From positions 1-64,000 of the IMG/VR virus record IMGVR_UViG_2718218201_000002: DNA of 64,000 bases; one strand, given 5' to 3'. Made by a program: the position numbers and the translations under genes. The DNA is from a virus (taxonomy: Duplodnaviria > Heunggongvirae > Uroviricota > Caudoviricetes). This document shows positions 35,823 to 44,232 of this stretch, piece by piece. Under the pieces are notes generated by a model that was given only the letters and a program-made list of their open reading frames with translations, searched no databases and was not told the origin of the DNA. Each line of letters begins with the position of its first letter. Within the stretch, counting starts at the first letter, position 1.

Positions 35823-38135
35823 CTATGACTTCTGTTCGTAGAACTCATCTCTCAATCTAATTAAATCGCTATCTCTATCTGTTTTCTTTCCATTTTTCTT
35901 ATACCAGTAATAAAAATCTCTTACTTCATGATTACTTTGTAAAATAAATTGTTTTGGTGAGTTGCCAGCATCAATCTTACCAACGAATTTTCTAATATAT
36001 TTCCAATCTTTATACCATTTAGTTTTTATCTTGAGCATAAAGCCTTTACTATCTTCTAGTACCCAGCCTTCATGTTTTACATCTAAATTCTTAATCTGTG
36101 TCTTATACCATTGAAAAAATTCTTGCCAGTTATCGAAAGTAAACTCTAATTCCTTATGTTCTAACCCAATCATACCGGCTAACTCTCGACTATAATCTTC
36201 ATTTACTCTTTCAAATTGCAACTGGTTCTTTACAACATCTAAAAGTACAACTTTGCTTCTTTCATATTTAACAACATGTGGGTCATTCTCAACATCAATT
36301 ACTTCAAACACTGCTGATGCGTCATACTCTTTAAGTTCATTTTTTAATAGCTTTAATTTATCAGCGCTTAGAGTATTCTCAACAATATCTTTAAACCACA
36401 ACGCATATTGATTATCACTAGATGCTTTATGGGTTTTACTTTTTGAAGCATAAACTATCTCATTAACATCATTATCATAAAACATGATTCCTAAGTAGCC
36501 ATTTTCTTTACGATATGCTTTTACAGGAAACTTTAATTTATCAATAAGTTTATCTAACTTGTTTTCTTTGTTTTCATCGATGTTAAAGAATTTATTGTAA
36601 GCTCGCCCCTTAACTACGCTACCTATTCCATCATCTTTAACAAATAATCCTCTTGCGTGCACCGCTAACTGATTCCACTTACCGCTACTAAATAGTTTCG
36701 GTGTGAAATTAACAGAGTAAACGTTATCGTATTGATTTTGAACTTTAATATATTTTCTATCACTTTTTGCTGCATCAATAAATTGTTCTACTGTTAGTTC
36801 AACGTCCAACTTTTCTGTGTAATCATCTGAAATTAACCATTTTGAATCAAAAACATCGTTTTTAATTTCATGAGTTTCTATTTTATTCTTGACAAACGGA
36901 TTTCCTTTAGTGATAGTAATGGCTCTCAAATGACCTCCTTTCTCAACTCTACCTTCCAAGTTGATTGAGCTTGCATCTGCGTCCAATGGAATGCGATAAA
37001 GATTTCTATGACCATGTATTTGAGTAATATAGTTTTGAATCATGTAAAAATCATTTTCTGTCCATTCGTCATCAATTTCAAATTCATATCCACCAATTCC
37101 ATTGATTAATTGATTAGTAGAGACAAGATTTAAATGTGGTACCATATTCGGTAAAATACCACCATGAGTCACAATGTATTGAGCGCCATTTAACTCAAAA
37201 TATAAGCATTGTAACAATTTTTTCAGAATCGGTTTCACTCGGTCTTTTGTAATTTCAGCGTCTAAAAATTCCTTTAATGTCGTTTGAATGAATCCACGAG
37301 CTTTAAAATGCTTATATATCTTGTTGTATACATCTTTCTTAACATTGCCTAAACTATAACCAAGTTCATCAATTAATTCATCATATACTTTTACATAATT
37401 TCTCAAATGTCTTTCATGATTACCTTCAATTAAAAACACGTTTGGAAGGTTGTAAATAGATTCAATAAGCTCAAACACTTTCACATTTTCTAAGCCTCTA
37501 TCGAACAAGTCCCCTACAAAAACATAAGCCGTGTTTTGATTATCTGCAACTTCTTCATAAGTTATGAGCTTACTGAGAGCTGTGTAACAACCATGAATAT
37601 CCCCTATTACTTTAACCTTGTCAAACTGGTTGAAATCTTGTACTTTCCATTCAATTTCTTCTAATAGTTCTTCTGGTTTTAACACTTTGGCAAAACTGGG
37701 GATATTCTCGTGTTTTAATCGCTTATGAATATTCTCAATAGCTTCTTCAGGAACAAACTCATATTCTTTTCTTTGCTTATTTCTTTCCAAACATGTTTCT
37801 AAAGGCGTATCAAAGTTAACCACATATGTACGATAACCATAACTAGCTCTTAATTGCTTATACTTGTTAATTAATTTAGCTGTTGAATGAGTGGCGTCAA
37901 CAATAATAAAATCACCATTTTTCATACGCTCTTCAAGAATCTCAAACAATAATTTCCACACCTTACCGTCGTTTTCTTGAGACGTCACGAGTTGACCTAA
38001 CTCATTAACTACTGGTGCTGAACATTGTCTACGTAACACGTCAGGTGATAACGCAAACGGTTCTAATCCATTTTCTTTTAAAAAGGTTGACTTACCACTA
38101 GCTGGTGCGCCTCTAAGTAATACTAACTGTTTCAT
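35823..38135 (-). CDS. trifunctional polynucleotide kinase / metallophosphoesterase / ligase-like RNA repair enzyme (Pnkp-like)
   Basis: N-terminal P-loop GAPASGKST (Pnk kinase-like). Central calcineurin-type phosphoesterase (GDIHGCY, GDLFDRG, GNHE). C-terminal nucleotidyltransferase-like with KENG (motif I KxNG). This domain order matches bacterial Pnkp. Confidence 0.6.
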   Translation of the reverse strand: MKQLVLLRGAPASGKSTFLKENGLEPFALSPDVLRRQCSAPVVNELGQLVTSQENDGKVWKLLFEILEERMKNGDFIIVDATHSTAKLINKYKQLRASYGYRTYVVNFDTPLETCLERNKQRKEYEFVPEEAIENIHKRLKHENIPSFAKVLKPEELLEEIEWKVQDFNQFDKVKVIGDIHGCYTALSKLITYEEVADNQNTAYVFVGDLFDRGLENVKVFELIESIYNLPNVFLIEGNHERHLRNYVKVYDELIDELGYSLGNVKKDVYNKIYKHFKARGFIQTTLKEFLDAEITKDRVKPILKKLLQCLYFELNGAQYIVTHGGILPNMVPHLNLVSTNQLINGIGGYEFEIDDEWTENDFYMIQNYITQIHGHRNLYRIPLDADASSINLEGRVEKGGHLRAITITKGNPFVKNKIETHEIKNDVFDSKWLISDDYTEKLDVELTVEQFIDAAKSDRKYIKVQNQYDNVYSVNFTPKLFSSGKWNQLAVHARGLFVKDDGIGSVVKGRAYNKFFNIDENKENKLDKLIDKLKFPVKAYRKENGYLGIMFYDNDVNEIVYASKSKTHKASSDNQYALWFKDIVENTLSADKLKLLKNELKEYDASAVFEVIDVENDPHVVKYERSKVVLLDVVKNQLQFERVNEDYSRELAGMIGLEHKELEFTFDNWQEFFQWYKTQIKNLDVKHEGWVLEDSKGFMLKIKTKWYKDWKYIRKFVGKIDAGNSPKQFILQSNHEVRDFYYWYKKNGKKTDRDSDLIRLRDEFYEQKS

Positions 38136-38537
38136 TTACCATACCTCATTCCTTTTTTTAGATTTTAATTTTAGTGACCAAATCAACAGGGATACATTGG
38201 CTTTAATTATCGCTAAAAGTTTATTAGTTTTGTTTTTTTCTATGAATTCTTGAGTTAAATATATTGATGCTCTTTTTCTCTGCTCAGTAAAAACTTCAGG
38301 TGTAATTGGGTTAACTACTTCACTTGGTAAGTCCACAATATTCCGAAAATATTTTGGTAAAGAGTTAGGTTCGTTGTAATCCTCAAAGAGTATATAAGTA
38401 TGACGCCACTGTTTATTCTTTAGATGACCAGAACAACTAAATTTAGTTTTATATCCTTTTGAATTGAGAATATGAATTGTCGGTGCTATTAAAAAGTCTA
38501 AGCGTTGTTTTCCTTTAAATCTTGCGTTAGCTCCCAT
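38136..38537 (-). CDS. hypothetical basic protein
   Basis: 133 aa. Confidence 0.35.
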   Translation of the reverse strand: MGANARFKGKQRLDFLIAPTIHILNSKGYKTKFSCSGHLKNKQWRHTYILFEDYNEPNSLPKYFRNIVDLPSEVVNPITPEVFTEQRKRASIYLTQEFIEKNKTNKLLAIIKANVSLLIWSLKLKSKKRNEVW

Positions 38538-38808
38538 TTTTCAAACTCCTTGTTTTCTTTTCAATAATATTGTGTTCAGCCAGTTTGTCCATAATATAAA
38601 TTAAGCTGTCATATTCTTTTTTCGCTTTTTCATAACTTATAGAATTCATTGTTGCTACTCCGTTTATACCAGCAATACTATACTCGTTCCATCGCTGCAA
38701 AACGTCAATTAAAAACGAACCAAGTTTTTTAATTTCATTAAAGATACAATCATCATTTTCTTTAATATAATGTTTACTATTCATTAAATCTGAATTTATT
38801 TCACTCAT
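38527..38808 (-). CDS. hypothetical small protein
   Basis: 93 aa. Confidence 0.3.
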   Translation of the reverse strand: MSEINSDLMNSKHYIKENDDCIFNEIKKLGSFLIDVLQRWNEYSIAGINGVATMNSISYEKAKKEYDSLIYIMDKLAEHNIIEKKTRSLKNGS

Positions 38809-38817
38809 AATAATCCC

Positions 38818-39228
38818 CTACCATTTTACATTTTTAAATGCTTCTTTAATCTCTTTAAACGTGTAATACTCATTTTTTGCCTTGTGTTCTTGACTTATAT
38901 CAACGAGTACCATAGTGTTTATAGCAATGAGTTTATCTATGATATGATTGATAAAATTAAATGACTTATGTTTCACCCCTTCTTCGAATACCGGTGTAGC
39001 TTTATAGAAAGAATAATTGTCTTGAATGTATGGCAATACTGCTCCCCATACCCCTTCTCTAATATTGCTGTTATTGTATACCTTTAAAGCTAAATCTAAG
39101 TCGTGGTAGATTAAGTAACCTAAGGAGAAATACCATACTTTGTTTAAATGCATATGACTAACTGGTCGCTCGTTGACGTAAGACCTGTATAAAATGTGCT
39201 CAATTAACTTCTTGCTGTAATCGCACAT
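38818..39228 (-). CDS. hypothetical protein
   Basis: 136 aa. RBS TAAGGAG. Confidence 0.4.
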   Translation of the reverse strand: MCDYSKKLIEHILYRSYVNERPVSHMHLNKVWYFSLGYLIYHDLDLALKVYNNSNIREGVWGAVLPYIQDNYSFYKATPVFEEGVKHKSFNFINHIIDKLIAINTMVLVDISQEHKAKNEYYTFKEIKEAFKNVKW

Positions 39229-39400
39229 AGTAACACTCCTTATCTAAGCCCATTAACTCGTCCTCCTCAATTAGATTGGGGCAATATTTTTGTGTTTAAA
39301 AAACTCCTTTAGCGCATCAATTTTTTCTACTTCGCCCTCGTCATTTATATAATAGAATCCTGATTCGGTTTCACTTTCCGTTATCTGTACACCCTGCTCT

Positions 39401-39826
39401 TTAGCTATTTTTATTACTTTCTGTAGGTCGAACATACACAAGATTATTCTCCTTTTTTTCTTCTGTGAATCTGGCCAATCTTTCTAAACCAGTATCATCT
39501 TCCAATTCTATTAACTTATTTTCAAATTTCTTTCTAGTATTTCTAACAAAAAGTGGGTCTGTACTTAAAAATTTAAAAATACGGTATTCTATATTTCTTA
39601 CTAAATCATTTAGATTTTCTAAAAGGGAGCTCAACCCATCAAAAACTAATTCGTTAATAGGTATTAAACCAATTTTAATTTTTGCTAAAGGTGTTACCAG
39701 TTTATATCTCCACACATAAGGTTTTACAACTTTTCTTTGTTCCTTATTAAGTAAATATTCTTTATTATGAATCGCATAATTAATAAAACTATCCATGAGC
39801 TGTCTTTTGTTTCTTTTACTCATCAA
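39401..39826 (-). CDS. hypothetical protein
   Basis: 141 aa. Confidence 0.35.
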   Translation of the reverse strand: MMSKRNKRQLMDSFINYAIHNKEYLLNKEQRKVVKPYVWRYKLVTPLAKIKIGLIPINELVFDGLSSLLENLNDLVRNIEYRIFKFLSTDPLFVRNTRKKFENKLIELEDDTGLERLARFTEEKKENNLVYVRPTESNKNS

Positions 39827-40227
39827 ACTAATTCACCGTCTTTCCAAATTAAGACTAACTCTCTGTCCTCATTCTCAACATAGAAATGTGTTGTTAATGT
39901 ACCTGCAAAGCGTGATAAGTATTCGTTTATACTCATATATTCAATTGTGTACAAAGCATCACTATTAATTCGTCCGAGGAATCGAACAATTAGTTCGAGT
40001 TTTGTGTCCTTAGAGATTTCTTCTTCTCTCCACACAATAAAGTTGTCAAGGTGTCCTACGTTAGTACAATTAGCATTTCCATTTTCATCAAAACTAACGG
40101 TAATAAACTCACTGCTAGAAAATATTCTATTTTTTATATTGTTTTGCTTTGCCCAATGTAACAATTCAGAAAAATTCATTCTCTTTTTAACTTTTAATTT
40201 CATTCCACCATCTCCCCATCTTCCCAA
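39823..40227 (-). CDS. paralog family C protein (MKxKVKKxMN...LIWxDGE)
   Basis: The real start is probably the internal MKLKVKKRMNF. Confidence 0.4.
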   Translation of the reverse strand: MGRWGDGGMKLKVKKRMNFSELLHWAKQNNIKNRIFSSSEFITVSFDENGNANCTNVGHLDNFIVWREEEISKDTKLELIVRFLGRINSDALYTIEYMSINEYLSRFAGTLTTHFYVENEDRELVLIWKDGELV

Positions 40228-40631
40228 ATAAGCGTCATTGTGTAGTCGTCGTTTAATATATAAAAGGCTTTTGGTAACGTATCTACGCCTTTTACAACTT
40301 CTCCCATAGCCTCTCCAATCGACGTTCTATGGTATGTGTGTATAATTTCCCCCAATCCACTCATAAACAACTCGACAAGGACTGGTATTTCTGTTTCTTC
40401 CGTAATTACTTCTTCTACTTCGACGGTGAAAGTGTCAAAATGATAGATGGGTTCCATGGTGTTGAACGAGTCGTCGCTATAAAACTTCACTTCCCTTCCA
40501 TAATATGATGTGAAAGTTTCACCTTTCACATTATTCTCTCGAGCCCATTGAATTAACTGATGTAGGTTCATTTCCTTCTTAACTTTAATTTTCATCATCG
40601 TTCCTCCCCAAAGCTTTCTCTCCAGTTGCAT
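40200..40631 (-). CDS. paralog family C protein
   Basis: MMKIKVKKEMNLHQLIQWAREN...LIWEDGEMVE. Confidence 0.4.
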   Translation of the reverse strand: MQLERKLWGGTMMKIKVKKEMNLHQLIQWARENNVKGETFTSYYGREVKFYSDDSFNTMEPIYHFDTFTVEVEEVITEETEIPVLVELFMSGLGEIIHTYHRTSIGEAMGEVVKGVDTLPKAFYILNDDYTMTLIWEDGEMVE

Positions 40632-40846
40632 ACAGAAGCAATGTGGTACATTACATCTTGTAAATTATCCAATATTTCACCATCTTCATCGATATAACTT
40701 TCGAATTCTCGATACTCTGTTGAATTGCTCCCCTTAAAAGTAGCGCCAAAACCATTTTTAATACATTGAAATTTAAAGTCATATCCTGCATAATTTACGT
40801 GACATTCCAATTCGTCATTCTCATTTTTATAGATTTTAATCATCAT
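40595..40846 (-). CDS. hypothetical small protein
   Basis: 83 aa. Confidence 0.3.
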   Translation of the reverse strand: MMIKIYKNENDELECHVNYAGYDFKFQCIKNGFGATFKGSNSTEYREFESYIDEDGEILDNLQDVMYHIASVCNWRESFGEER

Positions 40847-41304
40847 CGTTCCTCCTTGGAATTACTTTCCGTAATAGTTACTTCTAGCATATTATTGTAA
40901 TACTCATTCTTTTGATTAATATTATAGTTGTCATTGTGTTCATTGAAGTCTACATAAATGTATTCATTTGTTCCATCTTCATAAATAATATCTATGGCTG
41001 TAATATTTGAGTACGCTGTAATCATTTCATAAGCATTCGTATTATCAGGGTATGCAAAACTAACTTGAGGTATTTCAGTAGGCTTGTCAATAAGAATACC
41101 GAAATAAGTACAATGACGTGTTCGACTTATATCTGAAATTCCTTTATATGTGCCATAGTAATTTATTTCTTTTGTAATACCTTCTATGTCAAACCTGATT
41201 ACTTCCTTAGGTTCTAATCTTACTACATCACAATTTTCTAATACTAAGTCTATATATTTGATTAATTCATGGTGATTCATTCTCTTCTCCGTTTTAATTT
41301 TCAT
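40843..41304 (-). CDS. paralog family C protein (divergent)
   Basis: MKIKTEKRMNHHELIKY.... Confidence 0.4.
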   Translation of the reverse strand: MKIKTEKRMNHHELIKYIDLVLENCDVVRLEPKEVIRFDIEGITKEINYYGTYKGISDISRTRHCTYFGILIDKPTEIPQVSFAYPDNTNAYEMITAYSNITAIDIIYEDGTNEYIYVDFNEHNDNYNINQKNEYYNNMLEVTITESNSKEER

Positions 41305-41387
41305 TATTGTCCCTCTTTTACTTTATCCTTATCAGAGTTTTATCGCTTTAAGAGCATACATGTTAAACAAAGTTGTATGCTCTTAAT

Positions 41388-41612
41388 TTAAGAATCATTA
41401 CAATTTCCTTTGAACTCTTTGCTTTTAACTACTATGTAATAATCTTCATTGTTTTGTATTTCGTTGTTTTTGTTCAGCTTATCAACAGTACGTATAGCTT
41501 CTTTCTTGTTGTCGAACCCTTCGTATAACGCCTCATACTCATGTCCAAAGTCATCTTTACTAACTTCAATTATTAAAAAACTTTCATTATTGTTTTTATA
41601 TTGCACTCCCAT
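41388..41612 (-). CDS. small early protein, paralog family A
   Basis: IIEVSKDDFGHEYEALYEG. Paralog of 25114..25329. Confidence 0.4.
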   Translation of the reverse strand: MGVQYKNNNESFLIIEVSKDDFGHEYEALYEGFDNKKEAIRTVDKLNKNNEIQNNEDYYIVVKSKEFKGNCNDS

Positions 41613-41817
41613 ACTCCTCTTTAAATTTAAAATAATTCTTAGCAGTCATTACTACAAAGTGTGTGTCACCCAAATTGAGACCACTATTGTTTATTCTATT
41701 AGCGACGTCTTCCGCCACTCCCTTTTTTGAATATAAACCATATATCCCCATGTTTTCTCTACCAAGAATGTCGCAACTAATTTTAATTACATAGTAAGTT
41801 TCTTTGTTATCTAACAT
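41596..41817 (-). CDS. hypothetical small protein
   Basis: 73 aa. Confidence 0.3.
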   Translation of the reverse strand: MLDNKETYYVIKISCDILGRENMGIYGLYSKKGVAEDVANRINNSGLNLGDTHFVVMTAKNYFKFKEEYGSAI

Positions 41818-41822
41818 TTTCT

Positions 41823-42177
41823 TTACTCCTCAAATTTTTGTACAGACCAATGGCTGGTCGTCATAGTGTCAAAATTAATTTTTAAAAAGTCTCTTAAAAC
41901 CATATCTGCTTCTTCGACATGAAATTTAGCATCTCGTGGTATATGAGATATTCTTCTAAAATGAAAATCTTTCACAAATTCATCATGTGTAACAATTCTA
42001 CTTAGCACACTCTCTCAATTTTTCAGGTAGATTCTTGCATAAAGGTTCGTATATTTTTTTCTTCGGGACTCCTCTGTATTGGTTAGGTATGATACACCAT
42101 AATTTTTCGTCTCTTACCAACATACGCACTGTTTCAGTCGATTTTCCGGTACCTCGACCTGTCATAACTTGTTTCAT
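41823..42177 (-). pseudogene. P-loop protein gene interrupted by a single in-frame TGA (55-aa and 61-aa pieces in the same frame)
   Basis: MKQVMTGRGTGKSTETV...ARIYLKN-TGA-ESVLSRIVTHDEF.... Opal codon at 42016-42018. RBS GGGGAG. Confidence 0.4.
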
Positions 42178-42182
42178 ATTAT

Positions 42183-42737
42183 CTACTCCCCTAACTTTTC
42201 GATAGCCTTCATAATTTCTTTTTTACTACGTATATCTGCTTTAACACTGTACTTTAAGAGAAATTGAATCTTTTGTACTAAATTATCTCTTTTTTGTTGC
42301 ACAAATGCTTCCTCTTTATCATTCAACAGACATAACTCAACAAAAACACAAATCCTATTCTTTTCATAATAAGCAATGTCTGACACATGTAAATTAAGTT
42401 CGTTGAAGTTAATGTCTCTTTTATCATTGTTGAAAATTTCTTTCCTCTCAACATCACTCACTTCATTTACACTGAAATGGCCATGATTTCTCTTCAATTC
42501 AATATTAAACCAGTATTTATAGTATCGTTGTTCTTCAATAAGTATTTCTTTATTCATATATGGATATTCATTTATAACGATTTCATATTCAGTGCCGTAA
42601 TTATCTTTAACAAATTGGGCTTCTTCCAAAGAATCGGTGTATCCGATAACATTACTATACGGAACCGTTTCAAATCCTTCCCACTCATCGAACTCATATT
42701 CCATTTTTTGTTCTTCGATAATATAAATCTTTTCCAT
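42183..42737 (-). CDS. hypothetical protein
   Basis: 184 aa. Confidence 0.4.
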   Translation of the reverse strand: MEKIYIIEEQKMEYEFDEWEGFETVPYSNVIGYTDSLEEAQFVKDNYGTEYEIVINEYPYMNKEILIEEQRYYKYWFNIELKRNHGHFSVNEVSDVERKEIFNNDKRDINFNELNLHVSDIAYYEKNRICVFVELCLLNDKEEAFVQQKRDNLVQKIQFLLKYSVKADIRSKKEIMKAIEKLGE

Positions 42738-42753
42738 AGTTATTTTCCTTTGC

Positions 42754-42984
42754 TTACTTAATATACATTAACTCAATATCACTGCTGAATTGTAAGCTAG
42801 TTAAACTGTCTTTAAAGTGGTCTAAAAAGATTATTTGGGTGTCGCCATCTCTATGTGTAATAAAAAGTCTAAGTAAAGTGGTACTCATTTCAACTTTTTG
42901 CACATCTCCGATTGACGACATAAATTCTTCGTTTTTATTATCTAAAAATGTAAAAATAATTGTATTCTTGTTAGAATTACTCAT
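42754..42984 (-). CDS. hypothetical small protein
   Basis: 76 aa. Confidence 0.3.
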   Translation of the reverse strand: MSNSNKNTIIFTFLDNKNEEFMSSIGDVQKVEMSTTLLRLFITHRDGDTQIIFLDHFKDSLTSLQFSSDIELMYIK

Positions 42985-43067
42985 CGTCCTAACACCTCTT
43001 TTACACGTTCTAAAATATCTTTCTTTTCCAAAAACTGATTTTTACTCATATTACCTCTCCTAATAAA

Positions 43068-43499
43068 TTAATTTATTTCTTTTACTTCTTCGAAACTCCA
43101 AATCGTTGTAGCAATTCCTCTGTCATCAGTGTAAATAATTGACGTCACATTAGGATTGTTATTCAGCACACCGTTAATAGATACATTGTTTTGTGTTATT
43201 GTAATTAATTTTCCTAATGATTCTGCTTTGTTTCCTACACCGCTATTGTTAATCACAATATCAACTCGATTAAGAATTGTATCTTTATCAACTGATTTAC
43301 TTGTTGTTACATCAAACTCTTCCTCAGACGTAAACTTTTGACTTACAGTAACATAGCCGTCCGAATCAAAATAAACCTTTGTTTTCTTGTCTCCTAAGAA
43401 TGTACGTTCTCTAAAATCTTCTTCCCAAGCAATTTGCAACAACTCTGATAAGTTTACCTTCTTATTAATATTAATATCCATTGTCTTCCTCCTTCTCAA
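43068..43499 (-). CDS. paralog family C-like protein
   Basis: ...MDININKKVNLSELLQIAWEE...TTIWSFEEV. Confidence 0.35.
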   Translation of the reverse strand: MRRRKTMDININKKVNLSELLQIAWEEDFRERTFLGDKKTKVYFDSDGYVTVSQKFTSEEEFDVTTSKSVDKDTILNRVDIVINNSGVGNKAESLGKLITITQNNVSINGVLNNNPNVTSIIYTDDRGIATTIWSFEEVKEIN

Positions 43500-43884
43500 T
43501 CCCTTGTCGAATATAATATTCTGTCTCGCTCATTTTAATGCCATCTAGCGAAGAATATAGATGGCTCTTATTCTCACGTGCTCTCCTATTCCAGTAACTC
43601 TCGTACAGTTTTTTTGCTTCCCTAAGTGAAATTAACCAAATACCCACGCTCTTCCTAACTCTATTCGGATTGACTAACCCTCGACTGTAGTCTCTAGTTA
43701 TGGTGTTAGGCGGAAGTTTAAAAATAATCTCCGCTTCTTTGAAAGTGACTGAATCTCTTAATTCGGGAGCAAATGCTTTTCTATTCTGGTTATGTAATTT
43801 ACTCAACTTCACTAATCTTTCAAAATGTTCGTTTCTTAAATTGAATGAGTTATGGGTTTTGTAGAACTTTGTATCCTTGTCCAT
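43471..43884 (-). CDS. hypothetical basic protein
   Basis: 137 aa, first gene after a 350-nt intergenic leader. Confidence 0.4.
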   Translation of the reverse strand: MDKDTKFYKTHNSFNLRNEHFERLVKLSKLHNQNRKAFAPELRDSVTFKEAEIIFKLPPNTITRDYSRGLVNPNRVRKSVGIWLISLREAKKLYESYWNRRARENKSHLYSSLDGIKMSETEYYIRQGIEKEEDNGY

Positions 43885-44184
43885 ATTTTTACCTCTTTAT
43901 ATAAATTAATTTATTTCTTTTATTTAGAAATTGGCGCTTAGTATAAGGTTAGAAATACTAAACGCCTGACTACATTTACTATGTGTTTTGGGCTCACATA
44001 CAGGAATCGCACCTGTGTATAAATAATACCACAAACTATGTGTATGAGCATATAGGGAATTAATCCCTATTAGACTAATTTTAATTATTAAAGACTAATC
44101 ATTCGAAAATATTGATAAGGTGAGATTATCAACACAAGCCAATGATTACTCGTTGATTATTTACTGTTTTTACCTTATGACTAA

Positions 44185-44213
44185 ATTATATACCAAGTCT
44201 TTTTTCTTGTCAA
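44185..44213 (-). promoter_or_regulatory. consensus sigma-A promoter TTGACA-17-TATAAT
   Basis: Minus strand reads TTGACAAGAAAAAAGACTTGGTATATAAT, preceded by the AAAAATAAATTAATTAAT motif copy. Confidence 0.6.
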
Positions 44214-44232
44214 CATATTAATTAATTTATTT

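Noticed and set aside
43990-44040. A tRNA gene suggested by a T-arm-like ACAGG-TGCGATT-CCTGT followed by ATGTGAGCCCA.
   Set aside because: I could not build a full cloverleaf. The acceptor 5' strand does not pair, and the candidate is about 60 nt, which is too short. It is treated as part of a structured leader instead.
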